Origin: an uncultured Chloroflexia bacterium
GTDB taxonomy: Bacteria; Chloroflexota; Anaerolineae; Anaerolineales; RBG-16-64-43
Assembly: GCA_963780865.1 (NCBI GenBank)
Contig: CAWADT010000022.1
Coordinates: forward strand, 79,499-143,498
DNA length: 64,000 nt
Direction: 5' to 3'
Part shown: positions 29,781 through 38,308 of the stretch, piece by piece
How the letters are laid out: each line of letters starts with the position of its first letter
How positions within the stretch are numbered: the stretch's first letter is position 1
The notes under the pieces: generated by a model
The model's input: only the letters and a program-made list of their open reading frames with translations
What the model was told of the DNA's origin: nothing
Database searches by the model: none
Program-made: the position numbers and the translations under genes

Positions 29781-30027
29781 GGGAGGAGGGGATAGGAGAG
29801 GTGGGATGGGAATGGGAAGAAGTATAGATAACGGGAAGTTGAGAAGAAAAAGTTTGACCAGTATTGAAGGAGGATGGAGCGGAGCAAATGGCACCGAATC
29901 ACATATATAAAAAAAGAGGAAAAGGGGATCTTGCGGGCGCGTAATGCGGTTGTTCGAAAAGGATCGGCAGGAGCACACCTTCCAGGTGCAGCAATCCAAA
30001 GCCACCGTCTCTGGCAGTGGTTATTTA
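29781..30027. repeat. Right part of the ~390-bp nested element: right arm of palindrome C (29781-29810) and terminal hairpin B' (30002-30020)
   Basis: The right arm is GGgaggagggga t aggagaggtgggatggg. The element ends ...ccaccgtctctggcagtggttattta. Confidence 0.75.
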
Positions 30028-30053
30028 TTACTCGAAGAGTGCGGGGCTCGACG
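30028..30053. repeat. Right half of split palindrome A (ttactcgaa + gagtgcggggctcgacg)
   Basis: Pairs with 27993-28021. It is followed at ~30068-30105 by the ataccgcgcggtcattca motif, which also follows the intact A copy at 44068-44100. Confidence 0.8.
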
Positions 30054-30353
30054 TACCTGTTCAGGGGGGTGGCGCTCCGCGATACCGCGCGGTCATTCAG
30101 CGCGGTTCCATCTATAGAGAGGTGTCTATGGCCAATCGCTTTCGAAGTTCCGCCCCGGCATGATCCGCAGCATAAAAAAAATCGAGGTTTTCAGAATCTC
30201 GTTTTTTATTTAGAGGGACAATTCAAGGAGAACGCGGATTCGATGGTTGCGTAGAGAGGGCTTCCCCCCTCGGAGCGCGAATCGATCAAGGGTGGAAAGG
30301 AACGTATTTTTCGCGGTCCGGAAAATTACTCGCCGACGAAATATTTTGATATT

Positions 30354-31691
30354 TCAGGAATTGCTCAGCGGCATAGTCAGGATGAACCGCGCGCCGCCTT
30401 CAGTACGGTTTTCCGCCCGCAGCGTGCCGCCGTGCGCTTCGGCCAGTTTGCGCGCGATCGCCAGCCCCAAGCCGGTTCCGCCGTCGGAACGCGACCGTGC
30501 GGAATCCACCCGGTGGAAACGTTCGAAGATGAGATCCAACTGATCGTCTGGGATCCCCGGTCCGGAGTCTTCCACCGTCAGAAGGACGTCGTGGGCCTCG
30601 GGCTTCAGCCCAAGACGGATCGTTCCGCCGCCGGGAGTGTGGCGCAGGGCGTTGTCCAGCAGATTGCCGAGGATTTGTTCCAGGCGCTGCGGATCGGCCT
30701 GCACCGGGGAGGGAGCCGCAGAGGGCGCGAGCTCGATCCGCTGCGATTGGGATTCGGCGCGCGGCGCAAAGCGGGCGGCCACCCGGCTCAGAATCTTGGA
30801 AAGGTCGACCTCGGATTTCTCCAGGGTCAATTGGCCGGCGTCTGCGAGTTCCAGCGTGCGCAGATCCTCCACCAGCCGGTCCAGGAGTTCCGCGCTTTCG
30901 CGGATCGGCGCGAGATTTTCCCGCGTGAGCGGATACACCCCGTCGGCCAGCGCGTCGAGGTTGGCATGCACCACCGAAAGCGGTGTGCGCAATTCGTGCG
31001 CGATGTCGGCCGTCATTTCCTTGCGAAGTTTCTCCTGCCGCTCGATTTCCGTCATCATCCCGCGGAAGGATCGGGTCAGGTCGCCGACTTCGTCGCCGGA
31101 AGGGTGCGGGAGCTGCAGATTTCGTTCGCCGTGCGCAAATCGCTGCATCGCGCCGGTGAGTTGGCGCAGCGGGGAGGTGAGGCTCTGGCTCAGGAGGAGC
31201 GCAATGGCTAGGCCGACGGCCCCGGCCGTGATCGCCGCCAGCACCATCGCCCGGTTCACCGCCACCAGCAGGAGCTCTTCCGGGCCGGGCGGAGGCGCTT
31301 CGTGCGTGACCAACTGCCCGATCGTCTGATCCCCTTCCCGGATGGGGATGGCCACGTCCCCCGGAGAAGCCGCAAATGGTTTTCCGGTCATTCCGCCGGC
31401 GGTGTCGGCCACGATCATTCCCTTTTCATCCACGAGCAGCCAGTGGGTGTTGCGCATGGCCGCCATCGGCCCGGGAGAGGAGAGGACGCTGCCGACGCCG
31501 TCCCAGGAATGATGCCCGTTGTAATACGCGCCCAGTTCGCGGGCCAGCAAGGCGTTTGGCATCATGCCGATCTGAGAGAGCGTGCCGCGCATCTCACGCC
31601 CCGCCGTGCGGCCGGTGAAAAACACCACTGCCGCCAGGGTCGTGAGCAGCAGCACTCCGAAGGCGATCAGAACTTTCGTGGCGAGACGCAC
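30354..31691 (-). CDS. Sensor histidine kinase (two TM helices, extracytoplasmic domain, HAMP, HisKA, HATPase_c)
   Basis: 445 aa. The H-box is ADIAHELRTPLS, the N-box LLDNALRHT, the G1 VEDSGPGIP and the G2 GGTGLGLAIA. Confidence 0.92.
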   Translation of the reverse strand: MRLATKVLIAFGVLLLTTLAAVVFFTGRTAGREMRGTLSQIGMMPNALLARELGAYYNGHHSWDGVGSVLSSPGPMAAMRNTHWLLVDEKGMIVADTAGGMTGKPFAASPGDVAIPIREGDQTIGQLVTHEAPPPGPEELLLVAVNRAMVLAAITAGAVGLAIALLLSQSLTSPLRQLTGAMQRFAHGERNLQLPHPSGDEVGDLTRSFRGMMTEIERQEKLRKEMTADIAHELRTPLSVVHANLDALADGVYPLTRENLAPIRESAELLDRLVEDLRTLELADAGQLTLEKSEVDLSKILSRVAARFAPRAESQSQRIELAPSAAPSPVQADPQRLEQILGNLLDNALRHTPGGGTIRLGLKPEAHDVLLTVEDSGPGIPDDQLDLIFERFHRVDSARSRSDGGTGLGLAIARKLAEAHGGTLRAENRTEGGARFILTMPLSNS

Positions 31692-31693
31692 GG

Positions 31694-32386
31694 TTATTTA
31701 TCCTCGAAGCGGTAGCCGATCCCGAACACGGTGACGATAAAAGACGGATTCTTCGGATCCGGTTCAATCTTGGCGCGCAGGTTTTTGATATGCGCATCGA
31801 CGGTGCGTTCGTATCCTTCGAAGGAGCTTCCCTGCACGGCCTCGAGCAGCTGCATGCGTGTGAACGCCCGCCCCGGCTGGGAGGCCAGCGCCGAGAGCAG
31901 GGTAAACTCGGTCGGGGTCAGGTCGAGCGACCGGCCGTCTTGCACCGCGGTGTGGCGGACCAGATCGATTTCCATGGTCGCGGTGCGGATCACTTCGCGC
32001 GGGGTGGAAGCGGCCTGCGCCCGGCGCAGGATCGCCCGGACGCGCGCCACCACTTCGCGCGGGGAAAACGGTTTGGTCACGTAATCGTCCGCCCCCAGTT
32101 CCAGACCCACCAGCCGGTCGCTTTCCTCCACGCGCGCGGTGAGCATAAGGATCGGAGTCTGCCCCTGGCGCCGGATTTCACGCGCCACGTCCAACCCGTC
32201 CATTCCGGGCAGCCCGAGATCGAGCACGACCAGGTCCGGATGCTGGGCGTGAAATACCTGCAGGGCTTCGTCGCCCCGAAAGGCGGTCAGCACCCGGAAA
32301 CCGGATTGCTCGAAGTAGGAGGTCAGGACGCGGACCAGCTGCGGCTCGTCGTCCACGATCAGGATGCGCGCACTCATGCGCTTCAT
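31694..32386 (-). CDS. OmpR-family response regulator
   Basis: The last 230 codons of track ORF 31694..32692: MKRMSARILIVDDEPQLVRVLTSYF, DLVVLDLGLPGMDG, KPFSPREVVARV, and a winged-helix C-terminus LTPTEFTLLSALA...VFGIGYRFE. The upstream part of the track ORF overlaps another gene out of frame. Confidence 0.92.
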   Translation of the reverse strand: MKRMSARILIVDDEPQLVRVLTSYFEQSGFRVLTAFRGDEALQVFHAQHPDLVVLDLGLPGMDGLDVAREIRRQGQTPILMLTARVEESDRLVGLELGADDYVTKPFSPREVVARVRAILRRAQAASTPREVIRTATMEIDLVRHTAVQDGRSLDLTPTEFTLLSALASQPGRAFTRMQLLEAVQGSSFEGYERTVDAHIKNLRAKIEPDPKNPSFIVTVFGIGYRFEDK

Positions 32387-32454
32387 TATATTGGAATATG
32401 CCCCCGCGCGCGCCGCGGCCGGAGGTGGGTTCGGAAAGGAGAGCTCGGAATGGA

Positions 32455-32946
32455 TCATATCGCCAGCGCCCAATACACCCCGAAGAACGCCGCGATCGGG
32501 AGCGCCATGATGAGGAAACCGTACAGGGAGGAAAGGACGGCCGTTCGCGGCGTGCCCTTTCCTCCGCGGCGGAGCATTCGCGTCCCGAGCAGTACCAGGG
32601 GCAGGTAGAGCGCGCTGCTGAACAGACCGGGCACGTACTCGCCGGTGATCAGGGTCAGGCCGGCAAATCCCAGGAAATTCAGCAATCCCCAAACCAGCAC
32701 GCCCAATCCGATCGGGAGGAATTTTTCCGGTTCGATCCGATAGATGAAATACGCGAGCGAGAGGGCCAGGATGAAATACGGTTGTTGCAACAGCCAGGTG
32801 GTCACGGTGAAGTTTGGGATTATTCCGCGCCGGTCGATCCAGGCGGCAAAATTAAACAGTCCTTCCTCAGGAATTTGCAGCGCGAGAAAGACTATTCCCG
32901 CAGCGAGGATCAGGCGATCCAGCGTCAGCTTCATTTTTCCCGGCAT
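32455..32946 (-). CDS. Polytopic membrane protein, unknown function
   Basis: ~163 aa from MPGKMKLTLDRLILAAGIVFLAL, with four to five hydrophobic helices, lying between the zinc-ribbon gene and the response regulator. Confidence 0.6.
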   Translation of the reverse strand: MPGKMKLTLDRLILAAGIVFLALQIPEEGLFNFAAWIDRRGIIPNFTVTTWLLQQPYFILALSLAYFIYRIEPEKFLPIGLGVLVWGLLNFLGFAGLTLITGEYVPGLFSSALYLPLVLLGTRMLRRGGKGTPRTAVLSSLYGFLIMALPIAAFFGVYWALAI

Positions 32947-33030
32947 GCTACGCCTTTGAAATAGAAAGGAAATCCCGCCCCAATGCAAAACGCGCAGGAG
33001 CGGGATATCCCATCGGGAATTGGACCGTTG

Positions 33031-33378
33031 TTACAGCTTTTCCCCGCAATGCGGGCAGGCCACCCAACCCTGCTCGACCGGCTGTCCGCATTTTGGGCAG
33101 GGTTTGGTCAAGGCTGCTGGAGGGGTGGAGGGCCTACGGGTTAACATCACCACCAGCGCCACAACGAACACCACGAACAGGACCGGAATGGCCAGCCGCG
33201 CCAGAACTCCCAGCCATCCAACCGCGCCCACGCCCATCATTCCATAGGGCATCATCCCGCGGGAGTAGGCCATCCGTCCGGGCAGCAGGAAGCCTCTCCC
33301 GAAGATCGGCAGGGCGATGCAGAAGGCCAGCACGAAAACCACCAGCCCGAAGAGAATCCATTTCCAAACGCTTTTCAT
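33031..33378 (-). CDS. Small membrane protein with Met-rich loop and C-terminal zinc ribbon
   Basis: 115 aa from MKSVWKWILFGLVVFVLAF. It has a Met-rich stretch (RMAYSRGMMPYGMMGVG), a second TM helix, and then CPKCGQPVEQGWVACPHCG. An ATGA overlap links it to the upstream gene. Confidence 0.7.
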   Translation of the reverse strand: MKSVWKWILFGLVVFVLAFCIALPIFGRGFLLPGRMAYSRGMMPYGMMGVGAVGWLGVLARLAIPVLFVVFVVALVVMLTRRPSTPPAALTKPCPKCGQPVEQGWVACPHCGEKL

Positions 33379-34128
33379 TGCGTCATCTCCTTTTCCGCGA
33401 CCAGCGCTCCCAGCCCGGCGGGTTCCCAAACCTGTTGGGTCGTCCCGTTGACGCTGAGCACTCCGGCCGTCTTTCCGCCGATGGAGTAGTCGAAGGTGTA
33501 GTAGCCATAAAATGCATACCCGCCTTCATTCAGGGTTGCCCCGGCATGCGCCGTACCCAGGTAGGCTTGGGCGGCCTGCCGGGCCTGATCGATGGTCACG
33601 GTATTGTCACGGATCGGAGCGGAAGAATTTTTCTCTCGTCCGTATTTCAGATTCCATTGCAGTGAAGGCCCCGCCTCCGGGAGCACCATGCCGCGGAACG
33701 GATCGATCAGCACTTCCATGGCTCCGCGACCGGTAGTCCTTCTCGGTGATCACCGCATAGAACCCGTTTTGAAATTCCAGAACCTGCGCCACCTGGAAAT
33801 TGGAGCCCAAATCCGCCGCATAGGTCTGAACGGATTGGACGGCCTGGTCCAAGGTGATCTGCGTTGCCGCTTGCCGTTCGCTTTGTTGCTGCATGCGGTT
33901 CCGCATTCCTTGCAACGGACCGATCGCGCCGCCGTTTCTCAAACCCGGCATCATTCCCATCCTTGGGAGCACTTCATTACGAATCGGCGCATTGCCGCGA
34001 ACGGATTGAACCGCCTGTTGAATTTGGGGCCGGTACGCCTTGATCAGCCGGCTGGCGCCGTACGCCGCCCCAACCCCCAAGGCCAGCGCGACGATCGTCA
34101 CTCCGGCACCGATGATCCATTTACGCAT
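33375..34128 (-). CDS. Membrane-anchored PepSY-like two-domain protein, apparent +1 frameshift near 33733-33737
   Basis: Track ORFs 33607..34128 and 33375..33719 join as ...FYAVITEKD-TGRGAMEVLIDPFRGMVLPEAGPSLQWNLKYG... if one nt is removed from gactaccggt. The protein has an N-terminal TM anchor, a Met-rich linker (PRMGMMPGLRNGG..GMRNRMQQQ) and two ITLDQA/VTIDQA-type PepSY-like modules. Confidence 0.7.
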
Positions 34129-34271
34129 AGTTGCCTCCCGGAAATCCGGCGGTCTTTTGCGCCGCTTTCCACGGTTTAATGTAGCGCGGGAATATGAAGA
34201 TTTGATGAAAACGCGATGGAATTATTTTAAACGAGGATGAATAATCGGAGGAATTTGCCAGTCGGCGGGCA

Positions 34272-34985
34272 TCACGCCGATTTCGAACAGGAATACACCA
34301 GGGCGACCGGAACCTTCCAGGCGTTTTGTAAGCCGGCCTTAAGGTTGATCACTTCGGGCGTCGGGAGGCCTTCTTCCTCCGAGTACTGGAACCCCGCTTC
34401 CTGCAAAGCCTTACGGTAACTCCTCAAGGACCGAATGACCACGGGCAACCGCAGACTGCCCGTACCTGGCATTGTGAGCAGTCCCTCCCGCGAAGTTTTC
34501 AACAATCCTTTCCGTTGAAGTCCGGAAATAAAATCCGGATGGGTAACGGCGATAAGCAACAGGCCGTTGCGCGATAACAACCGGTGACATTCCGCCAGCG
34601 CCCGTTTGAAGCCGCGCGCAGGCACTTCATTGAAAAGCATCGAAGCCAGGATGAGGTCGAATTGCCCGTCCGCAAAGGGAAAGGGTTTGGTCACATCCAG
34701 GGTTTGATAAACCGCGTCTTGAATCCTGAAATGGCGCCGGGCAATCTCGAGCAACTGCCTGGATTGATCCGTTACGACGATGGCGGAAGGTGCCTGGCCC
34801 GAGAAATGACGGAGCGCTAAAGGCAGGAAATATCCGTTGCCGGCGCCCAATTCCAAGATCGAGCGGTTCCCAATTCCTGGAAGCCTCTCCAAGAGGATAT
34901 TATTGAGCACGAGTTCCTTGAACGGGCCGCCCTTGTAACCGGTGGTTTCGTGCCAGCAATTCGCGATTGTATCGTAGTATGGCAT
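34272..34985 (-). CDS. Class I SAM-dependent methyltransferase
   Basis: 237 aa with motif I SILELGAGNGYF, a post-I acidic residue (VVTDQS) and motif II/III DLILASMLFNEV. Confidence 0.85.
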   Translation of the reverse strand: MPYYDTIANCWHETTGYKGGPFKELVLNNILLERLPGIGNRSILELGAGNGYFLPLALRHFSGQAPSAIVVTDQSRQLLEIARRHFRIQDAVYQTLDVTKPFPFADGQFDLILASMLFNEVPARGFKRALAECHRLLSRNGLLLIAVTHPDFISGLQRKGLLKTSREGLLTMPGTGSLRLPVVIRSLRSYRKALQEAGFQYSEEEGLPTPEVINLKAGLQNAWKVPVALVYSCSKSA

Positions 34986-35164
34986 AACGGCGTTTGTCCA
35001 TCCGCCGAGCGACGAAGAGACGGCAAACCGGCGGCGGGGAACCGAGATGACTGCGATTATATCTGCCCTCAGGTATATTAATAAACATCCCGAGACAAGT
35101 TTCCGCCTGGGATAATCAGGGTGAGAGCTGGATAAATTTAATTACTCAGCAGGTCTTCCGCCTT

Positions 35165-35273
35165 CGTACACGGATTTCACCGAAAAGAGCCGAAAGCGCT
35201 GAAAAAATAGTTGTGCTTTTCACCCAGGAAAATTTTTCGGTGGCCTCGGATTTTTTCCGTGTTTCGGTGTACG
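35165..35273. repeat. 109-bp imperfect palindromic element (cgtacacggatttcaccgaaaa ... ttttccgtgtttcggtgtacg)
   Basis: Its termini are reverse-complementary with shuffled cacgga/caccgaaa words. It has the same style as 18453-18561. Confidence 0.6.
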
Positions 35274-35415
35274 TTTTCCCCGACCTGGGTAGTTTCGCAT
35301 AATTCAAATGGGGCAGTTGACCCCTTGCCCCGAATATGGAGGATGGTGAGCGACCAAGAAAATATATTGGGTTTTGGCTGGGTGAAAACCCATCCCATCG
35401 AAAATCAGGGATTCC

Positions 35416-36576
35416 TCAGCGGCAGGCCGAGCAATCGAAGATTATGGTAGTGCTATGGCCATCGGAAATAATCGTCAACCCAACCTTTTGATCGGCCTTC
35501 ATCCAATTCTGCATGTACGAACCGGGGTTCTCGAAGGCATTCCCATCCGGGCTCCAACCAGCCGCTCTCATTTCTTTTTCATAGAACTGTTTGACCGCCT
35601 CGAGGCTGGCTTCGACCTGATATTCCACGGTGCCAGGCGCAACGATTAGCACGACCGCGCCCGGATAGACCGGCAGATCTTTGGGCAGCCCGGACGATTC
35701 GATCCCTTTTAGAGTGACATCCACGAAAAGGATCGTCGCGCTGCCGTGCGGGACGATCTCCAGCTGCACTTCGTTTTTATCCGGCAGGGTATACAGAAGG
35801 GTTATGGCTTGTCTGGAATCCAGCGTGGGGGATGGCATCGGGTTCACGCCTGCCGGACAGCCCGAGCCTCCGCCCTCGCAGCCTTCCGGATCCACTTCCC
35901 CGCAACTTGCCTGCACCGGTTCCGGGATTCCATTGAGCGTCCATTCCGGGGAACTCAGTTGTTGTTGGTAGAAAGCCTCCACGGCTTGGGAAGATTGCAA
36001 AATGTAGTATTCCCAGGAAGTGGCGGAACTGTCCACGAGTTCAGTGGTTTCGGGCAAGGGAAAATCGGGTAAATATTTCTTGATGGACTGCGCATCCACG
36101 CGCCGATACTGGCCGTTAATGGTGAGGGCGGGTGTCTCGTACCGGAAAGCCAACGTCAGGTAGACGGCATCGTTCTTCCAATATTGGGTGACTCCGCACG
36201 ACGTATTGGGGTCGGTATACCGCAGGGTCCAACCCTGTTTGGGAAGTTCCGTCGCGTAAAAACTCTCGACCGCCGGGATATCGGCCGCGGAACTGATGAC
36301 GAACGAACCGGTGGCGGCGCCCGGTTCGCCGGAGTCCGCGCTGCTCGAAACCATCTTCGAATTGGGCGGGATTGGAAAGGATTTCATCAGACCGGCTACG
36401 GAGGTATCCCGCGGTCCGGACGGTGGATTCGCGGAAGTCGCCGCCGGAGCGACGCTTTCCACGCCACGCGAGGCGGTATTTTGCACGGCGGTTTGGGCGG
36501 CGCCAAACGGGAGACTGCAAGCAAAGGCGAGGATACCGGCGCCCAGGAAGAGCGGGAGCTTGTGTTGGCAATTCAT
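35416..36576 (-). CDS. Secreted lipoprotein with three repeated alpha/beta modules, unknown function
   Basis: 386 aa. The signal peptide has a lipobox (GILAFAC). There are three modules, each containing (V/A)E(S/A)FY...GW(T/S): VESFYATELPKQGWTL, VEAFYQQQLSSPEWTL and VKQFYEKEMRAAGWSP. Confidence 0.75.
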   Translation of the reverse strand: MNCQHKLPLFLGAGILAFACSLPFGAAQTAVQNTASRGVESVAPAATSANPPSGPRDTSVAGLMKSFPIPPNSKMVSSSADSGEPGAATGSFVISSAADIPAVESFYATELPKQGWTLRYTDPNTSCGVTQYWKNDAVYLTLAFRYETPALTINGQYRRVDAQSIKKYLPDFPLPETTELVDSSATSWEYYILQSSQAVEAFYQQQLSSPEWTLNGIPEPVQASCGEVDPEGCEGGGSGCPAGVNPMPSPTLDSRQAITLLYTLPDKNEVQLEIVPHGSATILFVDVTLKGIESSGLPKDLPVYPGAVVLIVAPGTVEYQVEASLEAVKQFYEKEMRAAGWSPDGNAFENPGSYMQNWMKADQKVGLTIISDGHSTTIIFDCSACR

Positions 36577-37137
36577 GGTCGGTCTCCCAACGAGGAAAAC
36601 GGTTGACTTCGCTTGAAAAGCTCCTGATGGTTAACTCAGTTTATATGATTGGTGTGATCGATGCAACCGGCGGATTTTTTTTACGCCACAATCGATCCGG
36701 AGCGGGCCGTTCAGGCAGCGCTGGGAAAGAGCGCTCGCCCACCGCAGAGCGAAGCGTTCCGCTGCCTCGCATGCCTGCTCCCGCGGCGAGTTCGGGCCGC
36801 GCGCCGCAACCGCACGTCACCGCAGAGCGCTTGAATCGACCGCGGTTGCAGGAGAGCAGGATCCGACGGATGTACGGGTTTGAGTCTATAGCTGCATCCG
36901 CTTTTCGAGAGGGGATAGGATGTCGATGGCTTGGTCTATACGGCAAGCTTCACCGTTTTTCCTTTTCCATATCCATGGCGATCGTCCTAATTAATCCCAA
37001 ACAATTAAAATGTTTACGATTGGTTTTTTCCCTACACTAAGGTTCACTTGGCATGATAAAAGCCCGCGGCGGCGGAAAATTTTCTCGCCAAGGACTATTC
37101 GGAATTCGTGCCTTGAATACTCCGCCAAGGAGGAAAA

Positions 37138-37782
37138 ATGGCCATGAAACTTTTGCCCTCTTCGGGTATCCGCTTTCGACCCCTTCGGCTGATGGGATTG
37201 GTGTGCCTGCTGGGCGTGTTGGCCGTCGCGTGCCTGGGTGGAACCCCCGGCTCGACGGTGACCGCGCCCACTGCCACGACGGCCGCGGGAGGCGGCACGC
37301 CCGCGGCGCCAACGTCAACGTCACCCGCCCCGGTAACCACGAGCGCCGTGAACGCAACCAATGTCTGCGCGCTGGCCACCCAGTCCGAAGTACAAACGGT
37401 TCTCGGTGGTGCAATTATCGCGACAAAACCCAGCACCGACGCCACTAGCATCCCCGGAGCAACCAGTTACTTTTGCACTTACTTGGGGACCGGCGTGGCG
37501 CTCATCACATCCGTCGCGGATATGGGTTCTCCCGCGGCGGCTTTGCAGGAGATGACTAGGCTGGTTGGCAACATGCGAACGAGCAACCCAAGCGCCACTG
37601 TCGTCCAGGAAAGCGGTCTGGGAGATCGGGTTTTTTGGACCGCGACGGCGAATGGTTGCGGCTATAACGTAGTGAAAGGCTCAATCGTCTTTAGCGTATC
37701 TTTGGGAGGAAGCATTGGCGACCCGTCCGCGCACAAGGCCGCCCTGAAGACCCTGGCGCAGTCCGTCGCCGCCAGGCTATAA
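37138..37782 (+). CDS. Lipoprotein, Thr/Ala/Pro-rich linker plus ~130-aa globular domain (DUF3558-like by pattern)
   Basis: 214 aa with signal and lipobox LGVLAVAC. AAGGAGGAAAA RBS upstream. Confidence 0.75.
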   Translation: MAMKLLPSSGIRFRPLRLMGLVCLLGVLAVACLGGTPGSTVTAPTATTAAGGGTPAAPTSTSPAPVTTSAVNATNVCALATQSEVQTVLGGAIIATKPSTDATSIPGATSYFCTYLGTGVALITSVADMGSPAAALQEMTRLVGNMRTSNPSATVVQESGLGDRVFWTATANGCGYNVVKGSIVFSVSLGGSIGDPSAHKAALKTLAQSVAARL

Positions 37783-37966
37783 GTATCCATCGATCGATTG
37801 GTCCGGGATAAGCACCGCCATTCCGCCAATTCCCGGCAAGAATACGAAGACTGATGCTGCAGGAAAGAACGCCTCCAGGAAGGCGTTCTTTTTCTTTACC
37901 GGGCGTCCGGAGAATTTCTCGGAAGGTGATGGAAACAAATTGTTGCACTATCAGAGTGTTGAAAAA

Positions 37967-38113
37967 GCCGGTCGAGCCCCGCCCCGCTTCGCGGAGCGAG
38001 GCCGGGGCAGCCCGCGTTCTATGCGGGCGTATCGAGACCCCACTGAAATCCGGTGGTCTCGCCCGCCCCGGCGGGTCGGGCCGGGGATACGTAAAAACCG
38101 CTACTCGACCACC
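37967..38113 (-). repeat. MITE-like element, family E copy 2 (inverted relative to 9520-9655)
   Basis: The right end ccgctactcgaccacc is the reverse complement of ggtggtcgagtagcgg. Shared internal blocks are cgtatcgagac and gagcgagg. Confidence 0.65.
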
Positions 38114-38308
38114 TACGGTGTTTTTTTCAATAACCTGTTATCAGGTTAATTTGTCCGCGGGCGCTGGTGTGGCCAGTGGGCTTGGCGATGGGTTGTGGAT
38201 TGCCCGGCGGAACATTAAGCTCGTCGAGCGGTACCGATCCGCCAGAATGCGGCTTGCCGCCTTGTGTGAAGAAATGCTTTCCCTGCGATTGACCTATTTG
38301 ATCTTCCT

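Noticed and set aside
28091-29810. Inverted repeats cccatcccatctctcct (28091-28107) and aggagaggtgggatggg (29794-29810) considered as terminal inverted repeats of the IS
   Set aside because: They are the outer arms of a pre-existing family-C palindrome. The inner arms continue to pair right up to the GG-flanked insertion point at 28166/29781. IS110-family elements are not expected to have TIRs.
36577-37137. 560-bp gap with ORFs 36372..37040(+) and 36641..36946(-), considered as a missed gene or ncRNA
   Set aside because: The sequence consists of degenerate caccgcagagcg-type repeat words and an AT-rich promoter-like stretch before the lipoprotein gene. The ORF products are low-complexity Arg/Ser/Pro strings without start-site support.
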